64,000 nt of DNA from Squalus acanthias. Taxonomy: Eukaryota. Each line of letters opens with the position of its first letter. The first letter of the stretch is position 1. Location of the stretch: positions 35,898,001 to 35,962,000 of the forward strand of contig CM059449.1 of NCBI GenBank assembly GCA_030390025.1. Reading direction: 5' to 3'. Under the pieces are notes generated by a model. That model saw only the letters and a program-made list of their open reading frames with translations. It was not told the origin of the DNA and did not search any database. Position numbers and translations under genes: made by a program. Shown here in pieces: positions 1 through 12,656 of the stretch.

Positions 1-275
1 CGTTCTGGGCCTTGCACAAGGTAAGATTGTACTCCGAGCTACACCGCCGATCGTAATTTTTGGGCCAGTATTTTACTTCGAGGCAACTCAGGAAAATAAG
101 GATGTGCCGTGCATGGATAAATAGTTAGTCATCCTCAGGATTACCACGTCTAGGTGGCACAGAGAGTGATTGATTTGAGTGAAGGAAAAATCAGCATTAA
201 TTAGTACACTTTTTTTGTTCCAATTACGTGTGATGTCCATAATCGTGATTTATTTACCCACTCTCGCACTTGCAG

Positions 276-1165
276 CCAACTTGGTCAAAATTGTGATTCT
301 CTTCCGGGGAAAACGCGGCCACTCCATGTAAATCACTATTTACCTGGTGGCCATGGCAGTGGCCGATCTGCTGGTCCTGATATTTGGCGGGGTCCTGTAT
401 GAGATGAAAGCAATTTATTTCCCGGATTCATTCCTGGACTACACTCCGGTCTGCAGTCAGAATGTCTTCCTTATTTATGCTTCTATTGAATGTTCTGTCT
501 GATTAACTGTCGCTTTCACCTTTGATCGATTTGTCGCCATTTGTTGCCAAAAAATAAGAACTCAATATTGCACCGAAAAAACTGCGGCAGTGGTTGTAGC
601 AACGATATCGGGGCTGAGCATTTTTGAAAATTTCCCAATGTACTTTATTTTAGTACCTCGCGCAATAATTGACAATATACCGTAGTTCTGTGAACTGAAC
701 TCAAAACTCTATACTGTACATATATGGGTTATATTCTTATGGCTTGACATAGTTTAAATCCCTTTTATTCCTTTTCTTTTGTTTTTGATATTCAATGGTC
801 TGACCATCAGGCAATTTCTACTGAAAAGTAGAATCAGGAGGGATCTCCGCAGAATCGACAGTGACCCAGAAATGAACAACCGCAGGAAATCCATCGTTTT
901 ACTGCTGGCCATATCTGGCAGTTTTATCCTGTTATAGATGGTAAGTTTAATTCATTATATATCTGTACAAATTATGGATATTCAATACTTGCACACAGAC
1001 TGCAGTAATCCGTTCAACATTTTGGAACAAACTGGATATATGCTGCAGAATATGAGTCCTTGCACAAATACCATCATTTATGCAGTGTCCCAGACTAAAT
1101 TCAGAGTGGAGTTAAAGAATCTGATTCAATATCCCTTGTCTGTAATTACTAAGTTAGGGAAATAA
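276..1165 (+). pseudogene. GPR139/GPR142-like class A GPCR pseudogene, main coding exon (exon 1 would lie upstream of the window)
   Basis: Acceptor ttgcag|cc at 275/276. Translation ANLVKIVILFRGK..YLVAMAVADLLVL..LTVAFTFDRFVAICC..NRRKSIVLLLAISGSFIL..SPCTNTIIYAVSQTKFR is collinear with the copy at 49231-50142. Several in-frame stops (TAA ~328, TGA ~500, TAG ~682, TAA ~755, TAG ~934). Confidence 0.9.
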
Positions 1166-1976
1166 TTAGAAGGTCTGAGTCTAACCAGAGCTGACTACAA
1201 AGAATTGAGACTCGCTTCCATCTTATTTATTCAACACGGGCAGCAGCCGATCAGCCGCTTGTTATTCGCCCAACACCATGTGCTTTTCGGTAGAGTTTAA
1301 TGGAGAGGAAAGTCGCGCGGGAGTGTAATGAGCGTCCGACCTGCTCCCGCCTATTTTGCGCCGCACCTGAAGGTGAATTTCACCCCTGGTCGGTGGAACT
1401 TTCACCTCTGGCGGGAGCGAGGTCAATGGAAGGAGATGCGGGCGGCGTTTATAGACAACAGACGATCCAATTCTCCCCATTTTACTCCACGCCGAAGTAG
1501 AAAGTTCCCTGGAAAATTTTCCCTTTTTGCATTTGTGTGACATTTTAACTTTCAACTTGACTCTCTGACGAAGATTTTCACCTTGTCGCTGGAGCCTGAA
1601 ATCGATGTTGCAGATTGGCCACCGGTGCTAGAAATTCGTCTTATTCTCATTCCCATTGTAACCACAGGGTTAGCAGCAGAGTACTACACTGGCCTCGCTC
1701 CCTTCAGTTACAGAGGGAGAAGTGGCCAAGGGATTTGCTCCGGACAACTGTGTTGGCGATGCTGCTGGTGAAATGTGAGTGTGTGGACAGGATCGGGCGC
1801 GGCTGTGTTTCCAGTAATTGAACAGTGTTTGCAGTCACTGTTTCTGCTCACAGATGGAGACTGTCTACCTGAGACCAATGTCGGAGTCAATTGTACTAAT
1901 TAGGAAGGTATAAATATTAACAAAACAAAATTTTAAATCCCTGGCGTGCCATTATTCAGTGCGGCCGTTACGTAAT

Positions 1977-2720
1977 GGGCCGAAAATTGATCCCGGGACG
2001 CGAGAGTACGCACTGCGTACTCTCGCGTATTCCCACTCCAATTGCCGGTTTTCTGCATGCCCTGCGCATGCGCTGAAAACCGGCAATTGCTCTTCCGAAA
2101 AGGGGGCGGGGCCTGGCTGCATCGCGTGCGCGCTACAGGCTGCGCGCACGCTGTGCACTTCATGCTTTGGACGCGCAGGTAAGTAGGGAAGATTTTGGAA
2201 ATGTAAAAAGGAGGAGTAAGACCCGCTTTTAAGAAGGTAAGTAGTGAATTAAGTATTTTTTTGAATTTTTTTTTACAGGTATATCTTTTTTATAGACTTT
2301 AAAGACAGGTAAGTTTATTTTTATAACTTTTTAAAAGATTTTAAATTTTTTCAAAAATTTAATTTTTTATTTAAAATGGTTAATTTAATTAACTATACTT
2401 ATTTTATTAATGTGATGGGTTTTTTTTTTAATTTAATTGAGGTTTAGCTGTTATTTTGGGGGGGTGTAAGATTCATAAGTCTCACAGCCATGCTGTGAGA
2501 CTTATGAATGGAAGATGGTGTGCTGCCATTGGCTCTAACTGAGTCACGTGATCCCACAGCTCGCACGAATTAACTACGCCGCTGGGATACGCAAGCCCAG
2601 CACAGCTGATGTCTGGAACATCAATTTCGTGCGAGCTGGATCAGAAAAAGCATAAGCGAGGTGAGACATCGCGGGGAAGGCTTACCCCCGCGGGAACAGA
2701 GCGAGATCAATTTCTGGGCC
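1977..2720 (+). mobile_element. ~750-bp MITE (PIF/Harbinger-like), copy A
   Basis: Imperfect TIRs gggccgaaaattgatc / gatcaatttctgggcc, 3-bp TSD AAT on both sides, internal hairpins, AT-rich core. Homologous to 15530-16276, 16329-17089 and 34526-35286. Confidence 0.85.
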
Positions 2721-2894
2721 AATGTCTAAAACGCCAGTTTGTGCAAATGCAGAGGAGATTTGACAATGTTCCTTCAAAGTTAAACAAGTTAGTAATATTT
2801 GAATTAAGTGACTGAAACATAAGTCGGGGTGAAATGTTTATGCAAATTGAGTTGTTTCAGTAGTAAAGCAATTACACTTAGATGAATACATGGA

Positions 2895-3818
2895 AATTCA
2901 TATATCCAAATTTGCCGACGACACAAAATAGGTGGAATTGTAGGCAGTGTAGATGGAAGCATAATATTGCAAAGGGATATTGACAGATTAAGTGAATGGG
3001 CAAAACTGTGGCAAATTGATTTCAATGTAGGCAAATGTGAGGTCATTCACTTTGGACCTAAAAAGGATAGAACAGGATACTTTCTAAATGGTGAATTCTA
3101 CAAACAGTGGAGGTCCAAAGAGACTTGGGGGGCCATGTACATAGATGATTAAAATGTCATCAACAGGTACAAAAAATATTCAAAAAGGCTAATGGGATGC
3201 TGGTCTTTATATATAGAGGTCTAGAATACAAGAGGGTTGAACTTATGCTGCAGCTGTACAAAACCCTGGTTTGACCGCACTTGGAGTACTGTGAACAGTT
3301 CTGGGCACCACATCTTAGGAACCATTTATTGGCCATGGAGGGAGTGCAGCGTAAGTTTACCAGAATGATATCCGGACTTCAAGGGTTAAGTTACAAGGAG
3401 AGATTGCACAAATTATGGTTGTATTCCCTAGAATTTAGAAGGTTAAGAGGTGATCTGATCGAAATTTTCATGATATTAAGGGATACAGAAAGGGTAGACA
3501 GAGAGAAACTATTTCCACTGGATGGGAATTCTAGGCCTAGGGGGCATAGTCTAAAAATTAGAGACAGACCTTTTAGGAGTGAAATTAGCAAATACTTCTA
3601 CACACAAAGGGTGGTGGAAGTTTGGAACACTCTGCCGCAAACGGCAATTGATGCTAGAACAATTGTTAATAGTAAATCGTAGATTAATAGCTTTCTGTTA
3701 ACCAAAGGTATTAAGGGCTATGGTGCAAAGGTGCGTATATTGAGTTAGGTCGCAGATCAGCCAGGGTCTCATTTAATGGCGGAGCAGGCTTAATCCTCTT
3801 CCTATGTTCATATGTTCC
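2895..3818 (+). mobile_element. CR1 LINE, 5'-truncated decayed copy (RT C-terminus and 3' UTR)
   Basis: SKFADDTKIGG, LQRDIDRLSEWAKLWQ, YCEQFWAPHLR, FYTQRVVEVWN motifs; short tandem-repeat tail (ctatgtt). Confidence 0.9.
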
Positions 3819-4225
3819 TCTGATTAACGATGATTATTTCAGCGTGTTCTTGGATCCAAAGCAATTCTCGCCTTTGACCCTCTCAGGTTCTGGTTAAACA
3901 CCTTTGAAATCTAGGGAGTGAAATCCAAATGTTAGACAATCCCGAGATGATGGTGCAGAGCACAGTACAGAGAATGAAGTGACTTGTTCATTCTCTTTAC
4001 ATGGTCCTTCCCCTTCAATGTAGCTCAGTGGCAGCTCGTTTAGTGCACAGGAGCAGCGGGACTAAAGAGTGGTCGATTCTCACTGCTTTCGCCCGGCGTT
4101 AACGGGGCGGTAATGGCTTCCAAATGGGGTCGGTAGCCTTATCTTCCCGGTAACGTTGTGCAGGTTCCAATCAGTTCCACAGGCGATGGAACCGGAAAGA
4201 TTTGCTTGCACTCCGGACTGCCGGG

Positions 4226-4405
4226 CTGCCAAGTCGCTATCGCCCGATTTGCTGCCAAGTCGCAATCGCCATTTTGCTGCCATGTCACTATCGCCCGATT
4301 TGCTGGCAAGTAGCTCTCTCCCATTTTGCTGCCAAGTCGCTTTCTCCCATTTTGCTGGCAAGTCGCTCTCTCCCATTTTGCTGCCAAGTCATTATCACCC
4401 GATTT
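4226..4405. repeat. Imperfect tandem array of ~21-26-bp units (tgccaagtcgctatcgcccgattt / tgccaagtcgctttctcccattt)
   Basis: About 7 visible units; produces repetitive spurious ORFs. Confidence 0.8.
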
Positions 4406-4437
4406 GAACTACCGCCCAAGACAATTTTATACCCCAA

Positions 4438-4620
4438 TGGGTGTCATTTTAATTATTGGTGTTAATGTAAAACGGGCGATATTGAATCGGGTATCTGTTA
4501 TTCACCTCTTCCGATTTTTCCATGAAGTCAATGGGAAAGAAAATTGGGGGAGGTGTGTAACGGGCGGCTGATCAGATATCGCCCGTTTTACCCTATCTCC
4601 AAATCTGAAAATGACTCCCA
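4438..4620. mobile_element. Short (~150-200 bp) palindromic MITE family; further copies near 5407-5545, 10572-10712, 12215-12360, 12998-13220, 14875-15060, 15355-15520, 18053-18232, 19470-19620, 21975-22160, 23425-23610, 47790-47970, 62210-62430, 63185-63315
   Basis: Near-complete inverted symmetry: gggg..aattt..gtaaaatgggcgatatcgg arm, central ccattgaagtcaatgg-type palindrome, mirrored ccgatatcgcccattttac..aaattacccc arm. Confidence 0.75.
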
Positions 4621-5614
4621 ATGACTCTCCAACCTGTCTTGCCCCTATGAAGGTGCCATGATCGCAGTAGACACGGGCAATATTTGCCCTAATGGGGCAT
4701 TATTTTTAACACCTGGGAGTTCTAGTTCGCTTTGTGCTCTTCTGATTACATTTCTACCCTTTACCTTAATGTCACTCTGAAGCCATTTACATCACAACCT
4801 TAGATTTGGTGTGAAGGGGTATTCTGGAGGAGGCAGTCTCCCTCTACTTCACCTGGTAGTCAGGTGGGGTCCTGGATCTGGACTTACACTTAAACATCTG
4901 GCGTTAAGCCAAACCAGCCCTTAGGGATCCTCAGGCTGCAGTGTGAATGTGGCCTATGGGAAGAGAAAGTACTCGCTCCAATGCAGAATCAGGAACGCTA
5001 TTAAACTTGCATTGTCACTGAGACAATTAGTGTGGATCTGTGTCCTGTCAGCCCACTTTCATTCACTTCTAGGAATTAAGGTTCGCCTTTAAAACGTTTC
5101 AGAGGAATTGAACCTTTCCATGAAGTGTGATGCTGACCTCCATTCTTAAATCTGGGTTCTTTTGATTGGCAGGTTGTGGGGTGCTGCATAAGGAAGTATT
5201 TCAAGTATCCACCTTGTTCCGAAAAGACACACTTTCAGAGAGAATACTTGATGATGTTGGTAATAAAGGTTTTTTAGCAAGTATGCTTCCCTCTGAACAT
5301 ATCAATCAAACATAAAATCATGTTGATGCTGATGGTGTTACCATGGGGAAAGTTTTCATGTGTGGGCCACCTGTTAGAAAATGTAAGGAGGTGACATTGG
5401 GCTCAGGGGGTAGCGCCAAATGGCGATAGCGAATCACCAGCCAGTTTCACAACAACCCCATGGGCTTTTCTATTGACTTCAATGAAAGGGCGGCCGATTC
5501 ACAAGTGGATATTTTGTGTTATCGTCGAAGACCAATTTCGCCCCCTAAATTGATTAACAAAGAACTGGATTTCAATTTCATTATACTTAGGGCACGTGCA
5601 TATCGAAATAAACA

Positions 5615-6235
5615 GAAGTTACAACATGGAAACAAATCCTTCAGCCCAACCAGTGCGTATCGGCATTTACTCTCCACACGAGTAAATATTACTAATCACA
5701 TTTACCCACCCTGTTCTCATATCCCTTCAACCCCTTTTCCCTTTGTCCAACTTCTCAATCTAATCTTAAATGTTGTGATAGTTTGTGCCTCAACTTCTCT
5801 CACTGGAAATTGATTCCACAGCCTCACAACACTCCGTGAAAAGAATCGTCTCCTACCTTCTGTTCTAAATCTCTAATATTTAACCTGGTATCTATAACCC
5901 CTCAATTTTGACCTTCAACTATTGGAAACCGTCTGCTTCTATCTACCCTGAGCCATCCGTCCATCATTTTAAACACTTGTATTATGTCACCCGGTATAGC
6001 ATTGTTCAAATAAAAAGGCGCATTTTCCAAGCCTTTCCTTATATTTGTGTTTCCTTCTATCAGGCCGCATCCTAGAGAATTCACCTTGTAGCTTCTCGAA
6101 AGCTCAAGATCCCACCTATCGCGTGAAATTCAATACTGCACACAGTGCTCTAACTCAGGTCTTATTAAGGTTTTATAGAGGCTCATAGTTACGTCTTGGC
6201 TGAAATGTTCTGTACCTTTGGGGTTAAACCTAGAA
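5615..6235 (-). mobile_element. Old decayed CR1 3' fragment
   Basis: Reverse-strand remnants GDIIQVFKMM and FSRSVV-type CR1 3' sequence. Confidence 0.65.
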
Positions 6236-6299
6236 TTCCATTAGTAAGTTTGCCACGATAAGATACCATTTGTTCTCAAACAATTCAATAAATGAACCA

Positions 6300-8095
6300 T
6301 TTTAATCCCACTCCAGAGAATTGAGCATTAAAATCTAGGCTGATAGTAGTAGGGAAAATGCTAGAGTCTATTATAAAGGATGTGATAACAGGACACTTAG
6401 AAAATATCAACGGGATGAGACAAAGTCAACATGGATTTATGAAAGGTAAATCGTGTTTGTCATACCTACTGGAGTTTTTTGAAGATGTAACTGGTAGAAT
6501 AGATAAGGGAGAACCAGTGGATGTGGTGTATTTGGATTTTCAGAAAACCTTTGATAAAGTCCCACATAAGAGGTTAGTGTGCAAAATTAAAGCACATGGG
6601 ATTGGGGATAATACACTGGCATGGATTGGAAATTGGTTAACAGACAGGAAACAGAGAGTAGGAATAAATGGGACTTGTTCGGGGTGGCAGGCGGTGACTA
6701 GTGGGGTACCGCAGGGATCAGTGCTTGGGCCGCAGCTATTCACAATATAAATCAGTGATTTGGATGAGGAAACCAAATGTAATATTTCCCAGTTTGCTGA
6801 CGACACGAAACTTGGAGAGATTGTGAGTTGTGAGGAGGATGCAAAGAGGCTTCAAGGCGATTTAGACAAGTTGATTGAGTGGGCAAATACATGTCCGATG
6901 CAGTATAACGTAGATAAATGTGAAGTTATCCACTTCGGTAGGAAAAACAGAAAGGTAGAGCATTATTTAAATGGTGATAGATTGGGAAATGTTGATGTAC
7001 AAAGGGACCTGGGTGTTCTTGTACACCAGTCACTGAAAGCAAACATGCACGTGCAGCAAGCAGTTAGGAAGTCAAATGCTATGTTGGCCTTCATTGCAAG
7101 AGGATTTGAGTACAGGAGGAAGGATGTTTTACTACAGTTATACAGGGTCTTGGTGAGACCACACCTGGAGTACTGTGTGCAGTTTTGGTCTCCTTACGTA
7201 AGAAAGGATATACTTGCCATCGAGGGGAGCAACGAAGGTTCACCAGACTGATTCCTGGGATGGCAGGACTGTCGTATGAGGAGAGATTGGTTCGACTAGG
7301 CCTGTATTCATTAGAGTTTAGAAGAATGAGAAGGGATCTCATTTAAACGTCTTAAATTCTGACAGGGCTAGAAAGACTGGATGCAGGCAGGATGTTTCCC
7401 CTGGCTGGGGGTGGGGGGGGGGTCTAGAACGAGGGGTCACAGTATCAGGATACGGGGTAGGACATTTAGGACTGAGAAGAGGAGAAATTTCTTCACTCAG
7501 AGGGTGGTGAACCTGTGGAATTCTCTACCACAGAAGGCTGTGGAGGCCCAGTCACTGAATATATTTAAGAAGGATATAGATAGATTTCTAGACGCAAAAG
7601 GCATCGGGGGTATGGGGAGAGAGCGGGAATATGGTATTGAGATAGAGGATCAGCCATGATTATATTGAATGACGGAGCAGTCTCGATGGGCCGAATGGCC
7701 TATTCCTGCTCCTATTTTTCAATGTTTGTATGACACTCCAGTGCAGTACTGAGGGAGTGCCGAACTGTCGGAGGTGCCGTCCTTCAGATGAGATGTTAAA
7801 CCGAGGCCCTATCTGCCCTCTCAGGTGGATGCAAAAGATCCCATGACACCAGCTCGAAGAAGAGCAGGGGAGATCTCTCCGGTTTCCTGGCCAATATTTA
7901 TCCTTCATTCACGATCATTAAAAACAGATTATCATTATCACACCACTTTTTGCGGGAACTTGCTGTGCGCAACTTGAATGCCGCGTTTCCTACATTACAA
8001 CAGTGACTACCCTGAAAACGAAAGTACTTCATTGGCTGTAAAGCACTTTGGGACGTCCTGAGGTCGTGAAAGGCGCGCGATATAAATGAAAGTTT
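6300..8095 (+). mobile_element. Deu-domain SINE (SacSINE1-like) split by a CR1 insertion; 5' part ~6300-6343, 3' part ~7731-8095
   Basis: cccactccagagaattgagcattaaaatctaggctga resumes as tgacactccagtgcagtactgagggagtgc...aaaagatcccatg...gcactttgggacgtcctgaggtcgtgaaaggcgc..tataaatg. Confidence 0.75.
6344..7730 (+). mobile_element. CR1 LINE, 5'-truncated (RT domain with stops and frameshifts)
   Basis: QHGFMKGKSCL, VYLDFQKTFDKVPH, GVPQGSVLGP, FADDTKL, RRNFFTQRVVNLWN. Confidence 0.93.
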
Positions 8096-8224
8096 TTCTT
8101 TTTCTTTCTTTATAACAGATATTTACAATTCAAATATAATCCTGGGGCAGGCCAAAGGATTTTCTGCAAAGCCGCTGTGTCATACTTTTACAAACAGGGG
8201 TGTAACATTATACCCTCGCCTTAC

Positions 8225-8330
8225 CTCTGTTTTTTCCTCCACATATAGATTAAAACTATAACGATAGCCAGCGACACCAGTACACACACGACAATCAGCC
8301 CCACATGCTTGACTTTCTCTACTTTTCCTT
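8225..8330 (-). CDS. MHC class I-like gene, connecting peptide/transmembrane exon
   Basis: Acceptor tttttcag| in phase 1; encodes EGKVEKVKHVGLIVVCVLVSLAIVIVLIYMWRKKQR (hydrophobic helix plus basic stop-transfer); donor ag|gtaagg. Confidence 0.8.
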
Positions 8331-9239
8331 CTGAAAAATATTGGCAAGGGTTGTATAATTATATGTGCGGATTGACAGTTGTATATATAATCCGTGGAAA
8401 GCTATGGCCCTGCTCATGGTAAGTAGGATGATGCGCTGTTTTATATGGACAGTATCCCTACACCATATAATGCACAATGTATTATTTCATTAAGGTTTCT
8501 TTAAAGCCACAAACTTCACTTTTTGTGAATAAAGCACAGATTCTGGTCAAAGACAGGTGGTCAGGCTGTAAAGGTGACTGGGGGGTGGTGGAGGAAGAAG
8601 CAATGACTGTGAAGAATGAAGCATGGATTCTAGACTGATCGGGGCTGGGCCAGCGATAAGAATGTGCTGCTGGGAGGCCAGTGGAAAAAGGTTGTGGTCG
8701 TGGTGCTCAGCGAGGCAGGGGGAAAGCTAGCAGTCCTCTACCACGCAAACCCCCATGGATCGCTGTGTGAGGGGAGCCAGGTAGGAAAGTGGCAGAGGTC
8801 TGTGTCTGCGGGCCTGGTGAAAGGGGCAATATGAGGGGTAAGTAATGGCAGTTGAATAGATAATGCCAATGTGCCAGCTCCCAGGGCTGGGGGATCGAGC
8901 TTCTGACCGTCCCCGCAGCTCTGTGTGATGGGATGGGGCTCAAGGTGCAAAGTTTACATTTAATTCACACAGTTAAATGTTTGCTCCCTTTTACTTATCT
9001 ACAGCAACATCACTGCTGTCTCCAAAACCCAGACTGCTCCACAGTGCCACTCAGTGGTCAGCGTCTGTAACTGCTTACAGACTCCGTTTCTTTAATGCGA
9101 ATTTTCAATGTACTGCAAGAGCAGGTTTGTGGTATCGTTCAACAATAGGCGGCACCCTATCATTTTCAATCTGTCACCTAATGTAATGTTAGATTGGTGC
9201 AGCAGCTTTGGAATCTTAACCACAGTCACCATTTTCAAA

Positions 9240-10310
9240 ATAGACAGATAGAAATCGCGAGATAGATAGATAGAGNNNNNNNNNNNNNNNNNNNNNNNNN
9301 NNNNNNNNNNNNNNNNNNNNNNNNNNNNNNNNNNNNNNNNNNNNNNNNNNNNNNNNNNNNNNNNNNNNNNNNNNNNNNNNNNNNNNNNNNNNNNNNNNNN
9401 NNNNNNNNNNNNNNNNNNNNNNNNNNNNNNNNNNNNNNNNNNNNNNNNNNNNNNNNNNNNNNNNNNNNNNNNNNNNNNNNNNNNNNNNNNNNNNNNNNNN
9501 NNNNNNNNNNNNNNNNNNNNNNNNNNNNNNNNNAGNNNNNNNNNNNNNNNNNNNNNNNNNNNNNNNNNNNNNNNNNNNNNNNNNNNNNNNNNNNNNNNNN
9601 NNNNNNNNNNNNNNNNNNNNNNNNNNNNNNNNNNNNNNNNNNNNNNNNNNNNNNNNNNNNNNNNNNNNNNNNNNNNNNNNNNNNNNNNNNNNNNNNNNNN
9701 NNNNNNNNNNNNNNNNNNNNNNNNNNNNNNNNNNNNNNNNNNNNNNNNNNNNNNNNNNNNNNNNNNNNNNNNNNNNNNNNNNNNNNNNNNNNNNNNNNNN
9801 NNNNNNNNNNNNNNNNNNNNNNNNNNNNNNNNNNNNNNNNNNNNNNNNNNNNNNNNNNNNNNNNNNNNNNNNNNNNNNNNNNNNNNNNNNNNNNNNNNNN
9901 NNNNNNNNNNNNNNNNNNNNNNNNNNNNNNNNNNNNNNNNNNNNNNNNNNNNNNNNNNNNNNNNNNNNNNNNNNNNNNNNNNNNNNNNNNNNNNCAGAGA
10001 TATACAGACAGAGAGACAGACAGAGAGAGACAGTCAGACNNNNNNNNNNNNNNNNNNNNNNNNNNNNNNNNNNNNNNNNNNNNNNNNNNNNNNNNNNNNN
10101 NNNNNNNNNNNNNNNNNNNNNNNNNNNNNNNNNNNNNNNNNNNNNNNNNNNNNNNNNNNNNNNNNNNNNNNNNNNNNNNNNNNNNNNNNNNNNNNNNNNN
10201 NNNNNNNNNNNNNNNNNNNNGAGTGGGACGGAGAGAGAGAGAGAGAGAGAGAGAGACATAGTTAGAGAGACAAGGAGACAGATAGAGAGAAAGACAGACA
10301 GACAGATCTG
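9240..10310. repeat. AG/AGAC/AGAT microsatellite region containing N runs (9276-9994, 10040-10220)
   Basis: Simple repeats abut both N blocks. Confidence 0.9.
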
Positions 10311-11885
10311 ATTATAGGAAGCTGTGTATATGCAGCCCATAAAAGAGACCTTTAATGAACCGATTGTCTAATGGAAGGGATTGTATTAAACAACTGGGAA
10401 CTGCACAGGTTGGGCCGCAACATCTGGAAATTGCCCTCAGCAGAGGATCAGCGCAGTAACCGACCAGAAATACAATTCCAGGTCATAAGGATCATCCTAC
10501 CTGTTCCCCTGAGGGAGGCACCTTTCCATGGAGAGACCTGAATGAGCAGCACCGTTATCTATTAAACAATTTGTGGTAGATTTTCACCGCGCCGCTCTGG
10601 TGTGAAATTGTCGCTGTGGATCAGCCGCCTGTCACACAAACTGCCCGCTTTTCATTCCCATTGGAGGCAACTCCGGTTTTACAGCCGGGCGGCAGGTTGG
10701 AAATCTACCCCGCTGTGTCTAAACCAATAGCAGGAGGTTCCCCTGGAGACATTTGGTGACACTGTTAATCACCAACAGCAATTTCTAGGCTTATCTCCTG
10801 GGGTTCCCCTACAGCTGTCCCAACCATCATTCTTGCTGCAGCTCCTTGCTTTCTGGGCAAAGCCCACCGCCCCCACCTTCCCTGCCTGCAGCTCCCAGTG
10901 CACTTCGGCTCATCCCCGCCTCAGAAGCCCAGCCTCAGACTCACCCTTACCACCAGGCCGCATTATTTTCACCCCTCCCCCCCCCCCCCATTTCACTACA
11001 TTTTAATGACCTTTCCTCACAACACTTCCCCACTCCTCCTCTAATATCCCAAAGTGAACCGTCCTCTCATTCCCCACCTGAACAAAGAGACAAGAGAAGC
11101 AAAAACACACTGAGGCTGAAAGGGAAATAGCTCAGCACAGAGCCAAAGTTCCAGCTCAGAAACCGAGCAGCTCCATCACCACAGTGAAAGGGAACAACAA
11201 TGAGAAAGCAGAAACAAAGAGTGAAGCAACAGCAAGTCGGGGAAATAAAGAGTCTGATGTCTGAGAGTGGGTGGTGAATGTAGATTAATCCATTCTCTAA
11301 CCCAGATAGACTGTGAACAGGGATTGATTTGTTATCTAACTCTGAGACCATGCAGTGTGTGTGAGGTGTGTGGGTATGGAGTGGAGATAGACAGCAAGAA
11401 GCATTGGGAAATATATCCAGATAAAGCAAGTGTGAGAAGCACACAATGAGGGGTAGGCGCAGATTATGGAAGTGTCAGAAGATAACAGAAATGGACTAAA
11501 AGAGAGAGCAAGAATGAAGAACAATCACAGACAGCCTGAAGTACAGAGATAATAAACGTGTTGTCTGATGTATGAAGAAATAGAGAGAAAGAAGAAGACA
11601 GAGAAAGTGATGGACAAGAAAAGACAGTTACAGGGAGTGGAAGATTTCAATGTTCCTGTTCTTGTCCATCAGCAACAGCCCGGGAGAGCCAATAGTAACC
11701 AATAAACATCACTGGGAGACAGAATATCCGGTTCATTTGTAGAGGAATAGAGTAGTAAAGCAGGGAGGTAATGTGCAATTTGGTTCAGTCATTCATTTCA
11801 TTGATCTCTTTCTGCTCTCTATCTCTGTATGGGTGAGTGTTGCTATTATTGATGGATTGTTCAGTATTGCTGCTCATGTCCTTAC

Positions 11886-12152
11886 CCCAGGAGACTGTTT
11901 TCCCACCCGGCAAGCTGCTGTGCTCAATATGACAGGAGTATTGTTTCCCATCATACGGATCAAATTCAAGGGTTGTCGTTAGTTGATACGTCCCATCGTG
12001 ATTGGGTAATAGCCCAGTAGATTTGGTCTCAGGGGCATGTTCTCCATTCTTCAACCAGGTCACGCTGATGGACTGTGGATAAAATCCAGTCACAATGCAG
12101 TGGAGAAACCAACGATCAGCAGCCCTGGCAATAACTGAGACCTCAGGGGAAA
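11886..12152 (-). CDS. MHC class I-like gene, alpha3 (Ig C1-set) exon
   Basis: 267 nt, phase 1-1, atgtag|..|gtaagg. Encodes VSPEVSV..LHCIVTGFYPQSISVTWLKNG..LLPNHDGTYQL..YSCHIEHSSL..VSW. Confidence 0.95.
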
Positions 12153-12380
12153 CTACATGATAGAACGACAGTTATTTTCAACTTCAATAAAAGTCACACA
12201 TTTCAAAACAGAATGAATGAAGTCATTTTAACTTTTGCCACTAATGTAAAACAGGTGATATCGGATCAGCCGCCTGTTAAAGGAGAATGGGGAGAGGTTC
12301 ATAACGGAAGCTGATCCAATATCGCCAGTTCTACACTATCGCCAAAATTTAAATTTACCCCCAGTTTGTTCTGAACTTAC

Positions 12381-12656
12381 CTTGTCTGGTTAGTGAAGCA
12401 TTTCCAATTGAATAGTATCTCCTCCATAAATCCACACAGTAATTTTCTAATAAGCTCTTGAAATAAAGATTCATCTTTGTTTCCTTATCCCATTTCACTT
12501 TGAAGGTCTGAGCTATTGGATCATGTACGGTCCAAACCAATTTGTCTTTATCGAAACTAAATGAGTATCTTCCATCATAAGCGAGTTTCAAAACCCCTAC
12601 ACTAGGATTGGCATCATTCAGCTCACAGCCAAACAGTCCTTGAATGTAGTGAGTAC
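12381..12656 (-). CDS. MHC class I-like gene, alpha2 exon
   Basis: 276 nt, phase 1-1, ttctag|..|gtaagt. Encodes THYIQGLFGCEL..AYDGR..KVKWD..LENYCVDLWRRYY..LTRQ with C101/C164 equivalents. Confidence 0.95.

Noticed and set aside
1-68. Right end of another MITE copy (aattttttgggcc)
   Set aside because: Truncated by the window edge; too little sequence to confirm the family.
9216-10340. 374-aa ORF
   Set aside because: Artefact of translating through N runs and microsatellite.
10501-10537. Candidate small exon between alpha3 and TM (cag|..|gtagga on minus strand)
   Set aside because: 37 nt would break the frame; alpha3 splices in frame directly to the TM exon.
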